From: Thermoplasmata archaeon
GTDB taxonomy: Archaea; Thermoplasmatota; E2; JACPAO01; JAHFTW01
NCBI GenBank assembly: GCA_034667725.1
Contig: JAXDQS010000003.1
Span: forward strand, 544,001-608,000
Direction: 5' to 3'
Length of the DNA stretch: 64,000 bases
Part shown: positions 36,827 to 53,187 of the stretch, piece after piece
Layout of the letters: each line of letters opens with the position of its first letter
Numbering within the stretch: position 1 is the first letter of the stretch
Position numbers and translations under genes: made by a program
Notes under the pieces: generated by a model
Database searches by the model: none
The model's input: only the letters and a program-made list of their open reading frames with translations
What the model was told of the DNA's origin: nothing

Positions 36827-36892
36827 CGGCCGGACCTTGTGTTCGCGTACAGCCGCTCCGCTGGTTCCTAGGTATCTGCCCCTGCGCGGCCG

Positions 36893-39076
36893 TCAGGCGC
36901 GCCGGCGCCGCAGCACCAGCGCCAACGCCAGCACGCCGACCGCCAGCAGCATCGGGGCCGGGCCCGGCGTGCCGGCCGAGGCGTCGGTGTCCAGCGAGCG
37001 GACCTGCTCGGCCTCGTCCGGGATGCCGGTGCCGGCCTCGACGATGGCGAACAGCCGCAGCAGGCTGCGCAGGCTGAGGTCGCTCTCGCTCGTGGCGGTG
37101 AGCACCAGGTCGGCGGCCTGGCCGGCGGGCGTGCCGTCGGGGACCTGGACCGCGACGTGGACTGTCGTCTCGCCTCCGGCAGGCACTTCGACGACGGCGG
37201 CGCCGAGGACGCGGGCCCATTCGACCTTGCTGCCGGCAAGCTCCAGGCGGAAGCTGTGCGCCTCGTCGGCGTGGTTCAGCAGGCGGGCCGAGAACAGCAC
37301 GGTGCGGCCGGGGTTGACGGCGCGGTCCTGCTGCGAGTCGGCCACCAGTTCGGCGCGCGACGCGAACACGTCGTTGACCGGGTCGTGGTACTCGGAGAGC
37401 GGAAGGGCCTCCAGGATGCCGCCGGGCAGGAGCTTGGGCATGTCGCCGCCGAAGAACGGGTCCACGCGGGTGCCCTCGAGGCTGATCACCAGGACCATCG
37501 AGGCGCCCTTCTCGTAGGCGATGAAGTCGGCCTCGGGCAGGCCGCCGACCTCGCCGGTCAGCATCTCCTGGCCGCCCATGAGGTCCAAGGGCGCCGAGGG
37601 GGCCAGGCGCAGCACGCCGGTGACGTTGCCGGAGTCGGCGAAGCCGCAGTCGCTGAAGCGGCTGAAGCCGCCGTCGGGCGGGCCGGCGCGCACGATGAGG
37701 CCGCTCAGGGTGGCGGCCAGCAGCGGGACCTGGGTCGTGACGGGGATGCGGTAGGTGCCGTTGGGCGCCGACAGGTCGACGTCCAGGCCAAGCTCTAGCG
37801 AGGGGCTGAGCGGGATGTTCCAGCAGTAGCGGGTGCGCGGCGCGTTGTCCTTGATCTCCATGCCGCCGCGGAAGTCGGGCGGGACCGGGACGCCGGCGTC
37901 CAGGCCGTCGACCTCGCCGGCGTTGAAGTAGGCCGTGTTGAAGGTGCCCGTGCCGACGAGGGCGGCAAGCACCGTGGACTGGGGGTCGTCGGGGCCGAGG
38001 ACGCTGTGCAGCCAGAGCGTGTTGTGGTGGCCGGCAGGCTGGGGCGGGTCGAGGTAGCGGATGCCAAGCTCGGCGCGGCCGACGGCGGAGGGGTCGCGCT
38101 GGGAGCGCATCTCCACGACGAAGTTCTGGAAGGCGCCGTGGACGTGCGTGAACGGCGTGGACACCAGCACCGGGAAGACGACGGAGCCGTTGCCGGGGAT
38201 CGGGATCTGCGAGGCGGGCAGCTTGACCTGCCAGTTGGCCGGCGCGCCGACGGCGACCAGGTTGAACAGGTCCTCGTCGGAGCCGAGGTTGAACGCCTCG
38301 ACCTGGTAGACGAAGGTGGTCGCCTCGCCGTTGGAGGCGCGCGTCGGAATCTCGCTCTTGAGGCGGGCGTGGCCGGTCTGCTGGACGCCGAAGGCCACCA
38401 CGAAGTCGAGGGTGCCGTTGCCGTTGTTGGGCATGGCGTCCGAGGCGCGGGGCACCGGCGTCTCCTGGCCGCCCGCGAGCGTCACGCCGCGGTTGACGTT
38501 GCCCAAGAGGCCGCTCGACTGGGCGTGGAAGCCCGTCAGGAGGGCGTCGGGCTGCGGGGCCGCGCCGTTGCTGTCGGCCAGCAGGTCGCGGTCCACGGTG
38601 ACGCGGAAGGTGGCGGCCGCCTGGTCGACGTCCACGACCTGGTCGGGGCCGACGCCATAGTAGATGCCGCGGCCGGGCTCGGAGGCCTGCACGCGGGCGC
38701 GGTAGTCAGAGGTGCCGTCGAGGCGGAAGCCGCGGGCGACCAGCTGGATGCGGAAGTCGCGGTCGCTGTGGTGGAAGAACAGGTTGTAGCTGCCCTGCTC
38801 GGCGACGGGCACGGCGGGCACCTGCGGGGCCATGCTGGCCACGGCGAGCGTGAACACGAAGCCCTCGGTGGTCTCCTGCAGGTCGAGGCCCTTGAGGTCG
38901 AGCGCGGCCATGCGTTCGGCCGGCGCGGCGGTGCCTTGGCCCGCCACCGTGACCGCCACGTCGGCGGTGCCGTCGTCCAGGAGGTGGACGGTCGGGTACT
39001 CGGCAGGGGCGGCCTGCCCGGCGATGGGGGCCGGGACCAGCAGGAGGGCGGTCAACAGCAGCGCCAAGGCTCGCAT
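36893..39076 (-). CDS. Large surface protein with Ig-like domains and a PGF-CTERM-like tail
   Basis: Signal peptide; two Ig/NEW3-like segments (V.V.VP...G); C-terminal TPGP + TM + RRRR. Confidence 0.8.
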   Translation of the reverse strand: MRALALLLTALLLVPAPIAGQAAPAEYPTVHLLDDGTADVAVTVAGQGTAAPAERMAALDLKGLDLQETTEGFVFTLAVASMAPQVPAVPVAEQGSYNLFFHHSDRDFRIQLVARGFRLDGTSDYRARVQASEPGRGIYYGVGPDQVVDVDQAAATFRVTVDRDLLADSNGAAPQPDALLTGFHAQSSGLLGNVNRGVTLAGGQETPVPRASDAMPNNGNGTLDFVVAFGVQQTGHARLKSEIPTRASNGEATTFVYQVEAFNLGSDEDLFNLVAVGAPANWQVKLPASQIPIPGNGSVVFPVLVSTPFTHVHGAFQNFVVEMRSQRDPSAVGRAELGIRYLDPPQPAGHHNTLWLHSVLGPDDPQSTVLAALVGTGTFNTAYFNAGEVDGLDAGVPVPPDFRGGMEIKDNAPRTRYCWNIPLSPSLELGLDVDLSAPNGTYRIPVTTQVPLLAATLSGLIVRAGPPDGGFSRFSDCGFADSGNVTGVLRLAPSAPLDLMGGQEMLTGEVGGLPEADFIAYEKGASMVLVISLEGTRVDPFFGGDMPKLLPGGILEALPLSEYHDPVNDVFASRAELVADSQQDRAVNPGRTVLFSARLLNHADEAHSFRLELAGSKVEWARVLGAAVVEVPAGGETTVHVAVQVPDGTPAGQAADLVLTATSESDLSLRSLLRLFAIVEAGTGIPDEAEQVRSLDTDASAGTPGPAPMLLAVGVLALALVLRRRRA

Positions 39077-39152
39077 GGGCGCTTCGACGAAAGCTCTGCA
39101 AGATAACTGTTCCGGTGGTCGCCTCCCATGCCGCCGCGGCCCGCGGCCGAAC

Positions 39153-45283
<6,131 letters not shown>

Positions 45284-45287
<4 letters not shown>

Positions 45288-46234
45288 TCCTTGACCTCTT
45301 GCGTGATGAGTTGGGCGGCCTCGGGCAGCTTGGGCGTGATCCAGATCTCGCCGTAGGGGAACTCCTCCTGGCTGACCTGGATGCGCTGCGACTTGGCAAG
45401 GAACAGGAGGGCGTTGAAGGTCTGCACGATGTCCATGGCGTTGGGCTCGTAGAGGCTGCTGAACGGAACCGGCGAGGCGGGGAACTCGAGGATGCGGGTC
45501 CAGGTCTCCGCGATCTCGGCCTCCAGGTCGTCCTTGTGCATCATGCCGCCAACACGGCCGCGCATCCGGCGCTTCAGGCTCAGGCGGGCTTGCAGGCGCT
45601 CCTCGTTGAGGACCAGGCGCTGCTGGGCCTCGGTGTGGACCTCCTGGAAGGCGTCGAGCAGTTCCATGAGGGTGACGCGGCGGTCGCCCTTGTGGCGGAT
45701 TTTCTCGTCGATGGGGGCTTGCGGCAGCGCCAGGACACGGCTGTTGAAGTCCACCTGGTCCTCGCTCCAGCCGTAGTCCGGGATGTCCTCCCAGCCGATC
45801 TCCTCGGGCTGGGCGGGCTGGAGCACGGCGCGGTCGGCGGCCTCCTGGGATTGCAGCTTGAGCACGGTCCACGCCATGAGGATGATGCGGCCTGCGGTCA
45901 CGAGGTCGACGCCGCGCGCCTTGGCCTCCTTGAGGTAGAGCTCGGCGAACTTGCTGAGGTCCATGTCCCAGGGGTCGAGGTGATTGTTGATGACCAGCTC
46001 GAAGGCGACGGCGAGGTCGCGGTGGAAGCCGTCCTTGATGGCGACGTGCTCGCCGTCCTCGCTCCCCGTGACCATCTCGATGTAGTCGGTGATGCGGCGG
46101 CCGTCGTCGTCATCGTCGATCATGGCCTTGTGCCACAAGAGGTGGCGCACGACCTGGGCGGTGTGCAGGGTGGCCTGGGTGGGCTCCTTGCGGACGACGG
46201 GGTCGGCGAACTTCGCCTGGGCGGGCGGGGCCAT
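45284..46234 (-). CDS. scpA: Kleisin ScpA
   Basis: LDPWDMDL, RRVTLMELLDA, FNALLFLA...QEEFPYGEIWI. Confidence 0.92.
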
Positions 46235-46256
46235 CTAGGCCACCTCCGCCCGGCGA

Positions 46257-46309
46257 ACCACGGATTTCACGGATTTCACGGAACCGATAGTCTCCGTGCA
46301 ATCCGTGGT
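46257..46309. repeat. 9-nt-period palindromic element (CACGGAT family) at the smc-scpA junction
   Basis: ACCACGGAT-TTCACGGAT-TTCACGGA ... TCCGTGCA-ATCCGTGGT. Confidence 0.85.
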
Positions 46310-46320
46310 GAGGTAAGCCG

Positions 46321-49300
46321 TCAAGGCTTCACCTCGACCTGGACCATGCTGGCCATCACGTCGCTCAGGGTGGTCTCCTTGGATTTCTGCGGCTTCGGCT
46401 TGGTGGCGACCTTCTGCTTGGCGCCGCTCGGGGCCGCCGGCGCGGTGGGGTCGGGCGTGGTGGCCTCGCCGTCGGCGCCGTCCATCGGGGAGCCGGCCCC
46501 GCCCTTCGGCTTGTCCTCGTCCCGGAGGGTGTCGATGTCGAAGTGGGCGATGATCTCCGACTGGCCCGGCGACTGCTGGGTGACGCCGTAGATGTGGCTC
46601 GCTTCCTTGAGGGTGATCTTGCGCAGGCTCACCACGATGAACTGGGCGAAGCGCGACGTGTCCTTGACCATCTTCGCGAGCAACTCGGAGTTGACGGCGT
46701 CGAGGTTCTGGTCGACCTCGTCGAAGTAGTAGAACGGGCTCGGCTCGTGGCGCTGGATGGCGAAGATGAACGCCATCGAGGTGAGCGACTTCTCGCCGCC
46801 GGACAGGGCATCGATGCGCAGCACCTTCTTGCCCATGGGCTGGGCCTTGAGGATGAGGCCGCCCGCAAACGGCTCCTCGGGGTTCTCCAGCTCCATGTGC
46901 GCGTGGCCGCCCAGCGTGAGCTGCGCGTACACTTGCGTGAACTGCTCGTTGACGGCGTGGAACACTTCCATGAGCGCCGCCTTCTTGTTGCGGGTGATCT
47001 CGGTGACGAGCGTCTCCAGCTCGCCGCGCTGCGTCTCGAGCCGGGCGACCTCGCCGCGCAGGTCCGCTTGCCGCTTCGCCTGCGTCTCGTACTGCTCCAG
47101 CGCCGTCATGTTGACGGGGCCGAGGCGGTCGAGCGCCTGCTCGGCGTTGCGGGCCTCGCGCTTGAGGTCCTCGATGGGTGCCACCTCCTCGCCGGGCGCC
47201 ACCGTGACGCCGGACGAGGCCAGCTCGACGGCGGCCTCGCCGTAGACCTCCTCCAGCGACGGCAGCTTGGCGCGGAAGTTGGCGATGAGGCCGAACTTGG
47301 TCTCCATCTGGTCGGCGACCTTGTCCATCTTGCCCTTGAGGTCGGTCAGGAGCTTGTAGGTGGAGTCGCGCGCGTCCTGGATGCCCTTGAGGTTCCCGGT
47401 CGCCTTCTTCTCCATCTTCATGAGCGCCTCGACCTCGGCCTGGGCCTTGCCGTAGGCGGCGGCCATCTCCTTGAGGCTGGCGTGCAGCTTCGTCTCGCTG
47501 CCGGCGCCGCCGTCCAGCTTGGCGGCGACCTCGGCGCGGCGGGCCTCGACCAGCGCCAGTTGCGTGGCCGCGACGCTCGCGTTGCCCTCGGCCTTCAGCG
47601 TGGCCTCCGTGAGGGCGCGGACTTCGGCGTCGAGCGCCTCGATGCGCTCCCGCAGGTCCTTGCGCGAGCCCTTGAGCAAGAGCTGGCCCTTCTCCTGGCG
47701 CAGCGCCTCCAGCTCGGCCAGCCGCTTGGCGTGGCCCTCGATGGCGGCGCCCGCCTTCGCGGCCTCGGCCTCCGCCGCCTCGCGTTGCGCGGCGAGCGCC
47801 TCGGCCTCCTTGCCGATGGCCCCGAGCCGCTCGTCGAGGAACGCGACCTTGCGCTCCAGCTCCTTCAGGCGCTCCTCCGAGGTGGCGTCCTGCGCGCCCT
47901 CGGCGGCCAGGCGCGTCTGGAGGTCGGCCAGCTCCTTGGCGGCGTCGGCAGCCTTGGAGGCGGCGTCGGCCTGCGCGGCCTCGGCGCCGGCGACCTCGCC
48001 CATGATCTCGTCCATGCGGCCGCGGTCGGCGTTGGTGAACGCGATGGCGTCGTCGCCCTTGCCCTTGGCGTGCTTGCCGCCCACCATGGCGCCCGACTTC
48101 TCGAACAGCTCGCCGTCGAGGCTGACGATGCGGACGCCGCCCATCATGCGGCGGCCCGTCGCCATCGTGTCCGCCACCAGGGTGTCCTGGAACACGTGCC
48201 AGAAGGCGTTCTGGTAGCGGGGGTTGAACTCGATGAGGTCGAGGGCGAAGCCGAGGCAGCCCTGCTCCTTGACCTTCATGAGCGACTGGCCCGACGGGCG
48301 GCCGGGGACCATCTTGTTGAGCGGCAGCAGCGTGACGCGGCCCGACTGCTTGCGCTTGACGAGGTCGATGCACTGGGCGGCGACCGCGTCGTCCTCGACC
48401 ACGACGGCGGTGAGGCGGCCGGCGGCGGCGATCTGCATGGCCTCCTGGTGCTTCGGGTCCACCTTGGCCAGCTCGGCGACGGTGCCGATGATGCCCTTGA
48501 TGTCGCGGCCGTCGCGGGCGGCCAGGACGTCCTGGACGGCGCGGCCGTAGCCGCCTTGGGCGCGGGCGGCGGCCTCCTCGTTGGCGCGCAGGTCGGCGAG
48601 GTCGCGCTGGAGGCGCCGGATGCGGGCCTCCAGCTCCTCGGCCTGGCGCATGCATTCGGACTGGGTCTTGCGGAGCTCGAAGGCGCGCTTCTCCAGCTCC
48701 TTGCGGTTCTTGCCGGAGCCGCCGGCAGTCTTCTGGAGCTCCTTGAGGCTCCATGAGGATTCCTTGTGGTCGGCCTCGACGGCCTTGCGGGTGGCGGCCA
48801 GCTCGGATTCGGCGACGTCGAGGCTCCGCAGCTTCTCGGCGGCGCGGTCGGCCTCCAGCTTGGCCTCGTGCGACTCGGTCTGCCGGGCCTCGAACTCGAC
48901 CTTGAGCTGCGACAGCTCGCGGTTGAGGGCCATGGCGTTGGAGTCGCCGCGGCTTGCGACCTCGCGGGCGGCGTCCAAGTCCTTGCGGCGAGCCGCCAGG
49001 TCGGCGTTGGCTTTCTGGTGGGCGGCACTCCACTCGGCCTGGGCCTTGCGGGTCTTCTCCAATTCCTTCTCGATGCGCCGGAGGTCGTCCGCGAGGGGCT
49101 GGGCGGCCTCCTTGGCCGTCTGCAGCTCGCCCTTGGCGAAGTTCATCTTCTCTTCCAGGCGGACCATCTGGTCGCGCGCCTGCTTGATGCGCTCCTGGAG
49201 CTTCTGCACTTCCTCGCCGCCCTCGGCGCGCAGCTTGGCCTCCAGCTCGGCGTACTTGGCCTGCGCCTCGCCGAACTTGGCGCGCATGGCCTCGAGCTCG

Positions 49301-50103
49301 CGGCCGGACTCCTCGCGGCTCTTGGTGACGGACTCCATGTCGGCGCGGACCTTGGCGATCTGGGCGGCGGCGTCCTCGCGGCGGCGCCAGGCCATGAGGC
49401 CCTTGAGGCGCTTGACGGACTCGGTGAGCTCGCGCCACTTGGCGGCACTCGCCTTCTCCTTCTCGAGCTGCGCCATCGAGCGGCCGATCTCGTCGAGGAC
49501 GATGCCGATGCGCTCCAGGTTGGCGCCGACCTCGCCCTTGCGGACGTCGGCGGCGGCGATGTCCTTGTCGAAGGTGGTCACACCGGCGATGTCGTCGAGG
49601 ATTTTGCGGCGGTCGCCGTTGGACATGGTGCAGATGCGCAGCACGTCGCCCTGCTGGGTGATGTTGTAGCCGTCCGCGGAGATGCGGGCGTGCGTCAGCA
49701 GGTCGATGAACTCCTTCTTCTGGCTGGCGCGGCCGTTGACGTAGAAGTAGCTGGAGTAGCCGTCGGGGTCGTCGTCGCGCGGGGTGAGCTTGACGCGGCG
49801 GGTGAGGGTGACCGTGTCGGAGTCCACCGGCATGGTGCGGTCGGCGTTGTCGAACACCAGCGAGACGACGCAGTGGTCGGCGCCCTTGCCCTTCTCGCCG
49901 CCGTTGAAGATGAGGTCCGAGAGGCGGCCGGCGCGGATGGCGCGGGGCGAGTTGGGGCCGAGGACGAACAGGATGGCGTCGCCGATGTTCGACTTGCCCG
50001 AGCCGTTGGGCCCCGTGATCGCCGTGAAGCCGGGCTCGAACGGCACCGTGATGCGCCGGCCGAACGACTTGAAGTTCTCCATCTGGACTTCGCGCAGGTG
50101 CAT
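46321..50103 (-). CDS. smc: Chromosome segregation protein SMC
   Basis: NFKSF, GPNGSGKSN, hinge (GRVTLLPLN, GAMVGG), LSGGEKS, FDEVD. Confidence 0.97.
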   Translation of the reverse strand: MHLREVQMENFKSFGRRITVPFEPGFTAITGPNGSGKSNIGDAILFVLGPNSPRAIRAGRLSDLIFNGGEKGKGADHCVVSLVFDNADRTMPVDSDTVTLTRRVKLTPRDDDPDGYSSYFYVNGRASQKKEFIDLLTHARISADGYNITQQGDVLRICTMSNGDRRKILDDIAGVTTFDKDIAAADVRKGEVGANLERIGIVLDEIGRSMAQLEKEKASAAKWRELTESVKRLKGLMAWRRREDAAAQIAKVRADMESVTKSREESGRELEAMRAKFGEAQAKYAELEAKLRAEGGEEVQKLQERIKQARDQMVRLEEKMNFAKGELQTAKEAAQPLADDLRRIEKELEKTRKAQAEWSAAHQKANADLAARRKDLDAAREVASRGDSNAMALNRELSQLKVEFEARQTESHEAKLEADRAAEKLRSLDVAESELAATRKAVEADHKESSWSLKELQKTAGGSGKNRKELEKRAFELRKTQSECMRQAEELEARIRRLQRDLADLRANEEAAARAQGGYGRAVQDVLAARDGRDIKGIIGTVAELAKVDPKHQEAMQIAAAGRLTAVVVEDDAVAAQCIDLVKRKQSGRVTLLPLNKMVPGRPSGQSLMKVKEQGCLGFALDLIEFNPRYQNAFWHVFQDTLVADTMATGRRMMGGVRIVSLDGELFEKSGAMVGGKHAKGKGDDAIAFTNADRGRMDEIMGEVAGAEAAQADAASKAADAAKELADLQTRLAAEGAQDATSEERLKELERKVAFLDERLGAIGKEAEALAAQREAAEAEAAKAGAAIEGHAKRLAELEALRQEKGQLLLKGSRKDLRERIEALDAEVRALTEATLKAEGNASVAATQLALVEARRAEVAAKLDGGAGSETKLHASLKEMAAAYGKAQAEVEALMKMEKKATGNLKGIQDARDSTYKLLTDLKGKMDKVADQMETKFGLIANFRAKLPSLEEVYGEAAVELASSGVTVAPGEEVAPIEDLKREARNAEQALDRLGPVNMTALEQYETQAKRQADLRGEVARLETQRGELETLVTEITRNKKAALMEVFHAVNEQFTQVYAQLTLGGHAHMELENPEEPFAGGLILKAQPMGKKVLRIDALSGGEKSLTSMAFIFAIQRHEPSPFYYFDEVDQNLDAVNSELLAKMVKDTSRFAQFIVVSLRKITLKEASHIYGVTQQSPGQSEIIAHFDIDTLRDEDKPKGGAGSPMDGADGEATTPDPTAPAAPSGAKQKVATKPKPQKSKETTLSDVMASMVQVEVKP

Positions 50104-50374
50104 CGCTATCGGACCCGGGTCAGGCAGCGCTCGCGCAGGGGCCCACGCTGGAGCCATGGCTTTGCGAGTGCATCCCTTCCCGAGGCTCCCGAGCCTGGCG
50201 TTCGGGTATAAGTCTTGGCAGAAAACCTCGATTTCCGGTGGAGGTCCAGCAAGCCTTGACGGGAGGATTGTGAACAGGTCTGGTGCTTGTTGCCGCGACC
50301 CCAAAAGCGGCATGAGGCTGGCGGCGGCAGACGGAAAGCGCAGCCTCTTGGCCTGCCTGCGGCTCGCCGCCTTC

Positions 50375-51022
50375 ATGCGCCTGGTTCGCGCCGCGACCGT
50401 CGCCGCCCTGGTCCTCGTGGCCGGCTGCTCGGCCCCTTCCGCCCCCGCCCCGACCTCCTCCACGACGCAGCAGCCGGAGTGGGCCTGGATGGGCTACGAC
50501 CTGCGGCAATGCGAGCAGCCGATGTGGGCCGACGCCCCGCCGGCCGACCACGCCGAGGCGGTGCGCATGGCGCGCGAGCATTACGCCGCAAAGGGCGCCC
50601 GCGTCACCGACGGCCGCTTCACCGATGCCGGCGGCGTCTATCCGGCCGTGTGCGGCGGCCCCACCGGCCAGCGCGTCCACCTCAACGTCACCGGCGACGC
50701 GACGGCGCTTTCCAAGGACGGCTGGACCACGGACACGCCGGCCTGGTTCCGCTACACCTTCCAGCAGTGCCAGCAGCCGGTGTGGAGCCCGGCGCCGCCG
50801 ACCAATGGCGACACCCAGGACGCATGGGTCGAGCAGGCGCGCGAGCATTACGAAGGCAAGGGCGTCCGCATCCTCGACGGCAAGTCCAGCTTCTCCGAGG
50901 CCAGCGGCGCACCCATGTGCGGGCAGCCCTCCAACTTCCACGTCCACCTCCAGCTCCCCCCCGCCGAGGACCCGACCCTCCTGGTGGCCGACGGGTGGGA
51001 GTGGCAGCGCGAGGCCGCGTAG
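50375..51022 (+). CDS. Lipoprotein with a tandemly duplicated Cys-containing domain
   Basis: Lipobox LVAGC; two copies of Y..QC.QP.W...AREHY..KG.R..DG...CG.P...HL...DGW. Confidence 0.8.
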   Translation: MRLVRAATVAALVLVAGCSAPSAPAPTSSTTQQPEWAWMGYDLRQCEQPMWADAPPADHAEAVRMAREHYAAKGARVTDGRFTDAGGVYPAVCGGPTGQRVHLNVTGDATALSKDGWTTDTPAWFRYTFQQCQQPVWSPAPPTNGDTQDAWVEQAREHYEGKGVRILDGKSSFSEASGAPMCGQPSNFHVHLQLPPAEDPTLLVADGWEWQREAA

Positions 51023-51025
51023 GCC

Positions 51026-51577
51026 ATGTTCCTGAAGCCGGACGACGGCCCCGACGTCACCTACGAGTTCTTTGCCCCCTTCGCGCACGTGCCCGGCCGC
51101 TACGAGTGGTGCCGGATCCGCAGCCCGACCCACGGCGTGTTCGACTGCTTCATCCTCCTGGGCGCCAGCACCGCGCACCCTGCCACCGTGTACGTCAACT
51201 CCGTGATGGGGCAGGCGTTCATGCGCGACCGCTACCCCGAGTGCACGACCGTCCGCGTCCCGCCGGGCAGCCTGCGCATCGCGGAGTCCCCCGACGGCCG
51301 TGCCGTGACGGGCGCCTTGCAGTCCGACGACGGCCCCGTCGCCGAGGCCGCCATGACGCTGCGCGCGCCGCCCGCCGCGATCCCCAAGGCGGTGCCGTAC
51401 GGCGGCGACGGCCAGCCGGTCTGGGGCGGCCGCTGGGCGTGTTGGGGCGTGGACCTCGCGCTGGAGGGCAGCTGCGACGGCGCCGTCGTGCGGCGCGACG
51501 GCAAGCGCGAGCTGCTGCGCGGGACGCCGTGCATCGTCACGCTAGGGTCGTTCGGCCGGCTGGCGCCGAGGCCATGA
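51026..51577 (+). CDS. Hypothetical protein
   Basis: ATG 3 nt after the lipoprotein stop; GC3-rich codons. Confidence 0.65.
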   Translation: MFLKPDDGPDVTYEFFAPFAHVPGRYEWCRIRSPTHGVFDCFILLGASTAHPATVYVNSVMGQAFMRDRYPECTTVRVPPGSLRIAESPDGRAVTGALQSDDGPVAEAAMTLRAPPAAIPKAVPYGGDGQPVWGGRWACWGVDLALEGSCDGAVVRRDGKRELLRGTPCIVTLGSFGRLAPRP

Positions 51578-53165
51578 CCAGCGCCCGCGCCTCGTGCTGG
51601 TAGCGCAGCCACTCCTCCTCCTGCCGGGCCGCGTCCCAGCCGAGCAGGCCGGCCATCCACGCCAGGACGGCGCGGGCGGCGTCGGGGTTGCCGCGCGGGC
51701 CCAGGCCGAGCATGGTGCGGCGCAGCAGCACGTCGCCCAGGTGCGCCGCCTGCTCGCGGCGCACGGCGTAGGTGGCTTGGCAGGCGAGGTCCGGGAACGC
51801 CGGATGGAGGCGCTGGCGGGCCTCTGGGCGGTCGTCGCTCTCCAGCACGTCGCGCCAGCGGGCGCCGTAGAGGCCGACGAGGTGGCGGGCGGCGGCGGCG
51901 TCGAGGCCCGCGGCGGCCGCCTCCCGCAAGGCGACGGGCTCGAACTCGTCCCAGTCGCCGGGCGGGCCGCCGGGGTAGGGGCGCTTTCGGGTCGGGTGCT
52001 CCAGGCGGGCCTTGTGGCCGAGGCTGGCGGCGATGCGGTCCACGCATTCCTCCGCCAGGGCGCGGGCGGTGGTGATCTTGCCGCCTTGCAGGGTCCAGAG
52101 GCCGTCGACGCCGTCGCGGGCGGCGTGCTCGTAGAGGACGTGGCGGCGCGTGACATTCGACTCGGTGACGCCGGGCTGGTTGACGAGGGCGCGGACGCCG
52201 GCGTAGGTGTAGCGCACCTCCTCCACGGGGGCGTCGGGGAAGTAGCGGCGGGCCTCGGCGGCGAGGTACGCGACCTCCTCGGCGTTGGCGACGGCGTCGC
52301 GGGGGTCGCCCTCGAAGTCGGTGTCGGTGGTGCCGAGGATGCACTGGCCTTGCCACGGCAGGATGAACATGGTGCGGCCGTCGCGGGCGCCGCGGGCCAG
52401 GACGGCGGTCGGCGTGAAGGCGGGCACGACGACGTGGATGCCCTTGGTCTTGCGGACCTTCGGCGGGTGGCCCTCCGCAAGCGGGCCGAGCACGTCGTCC
52501 ACCCAGCAGCCGGCCGCGTTGACGACGGCGCGCGCCAGGATGTGCTCCTGGGGGCCCGACTCGGGCTGCACCACGGCGCCTTGGACCCGGCGGCGGCCTT
52601 CGGTGTGCTCGAACAGCAGGTACTCGACGCGGGTGTGGTTGCGGGCGACGGCGCCGTGGGCGCGCGCGTCCGCGACCATCTCGGCCACGAGGCGCCCGAC
52701 GTGCTGGATCTGGGCGTCGTAGAACACGCTGGCGCCGGCGAGGCCGGCGGGGTTGAGGCCAGGCGCCTCGGCGAGGGCGTCGGCGCGACGCAGGTACTTG
52801 CGGCGGGGCAGCGACTTGCGCGGCGACAGCACGTCGTAGAGCCAGAGGCCCATGCGGACGGTGCGGCGGGCGGCGATGTGCGGGTAGAGCGGGTAGAGGA
52901 ACCGCAGCGGCTTCACCAGGTGCGGCGCGTGCTTCAGCAGCCGCTCGCGCTCGGACAGCGCCTCGTGGACGAGGCCGAACTCCAGTTGCTCCAGGTAGCG
53001 CAGGCCGCCGTGGGCCAGCTTGGAGGACTTGGCGCTGGTGCCGCCGCCCCAGTCGTCCATCTCGACGATGCAGACCGACAGGCCCCGGAGGGCCGCGTCG
53101 CGGGCGATGGCGGCGCCGTTGATGCCTCCCCCGACCACCAGGAGGTCGAACGTCGGCGCGGCCAC
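51537..53165 (-). CDS. glpD: FAD-dependent glycerol-3-phosphate dehydrogenase/oxidase
   Basis: VVGGGINGA, GTSAKSSKLAHGGLRYL, GTTD, GGKITT. Confidence 0.93.
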   Translation of the reverse strand: MAAPTFDLLVVGGGINGAAIARDAALRGLSVCIVEMDDWGGGTSAKSSKLAHGGLRYLEQLEFGLVHEALSERERLLKHAPHLVKPLRFLYPLYPHIAARRTVRMGLWLYDVLSPRKSLPRRKYLRRADALAEAPGLNPAGLAGASVFYDAQIQHVGRLVAEMVADARAHGAVARNHTRVEYLLFEHTEGRRRVQGAVVQPESGPQEHILARAVVNAAGCWVDDVLGPLAEGHPPKVRKTKGIHVVVPAFTPTAVLARGARDGRTMFILPWQGQCILGTTDTDFEGDPRDAVANAEEVAYLAAEARRYFPDAPVEEVRYTYAGVRALVNQPGVTESNVTRRHVLYEHAARDGVDGLWTLQGGKITTARALAEECVDRIAASLGHKARLEHPTRKRPYPGGPPGDWDEFEPVALREAAAAGLDAAAARHLVGLYGARWRDVLESDDRPEARQRLHPAFPDLACQATYAVRREQAAHLGDVLLRRTMLGLGPRGNPDAARAVLAWMAGLLGWDAARQEEEWLRYQHEARALVMASAPAGRTTLA

Positions 53166-53187
53166 GGGCCTGGCAAGGGTGCCGCGG

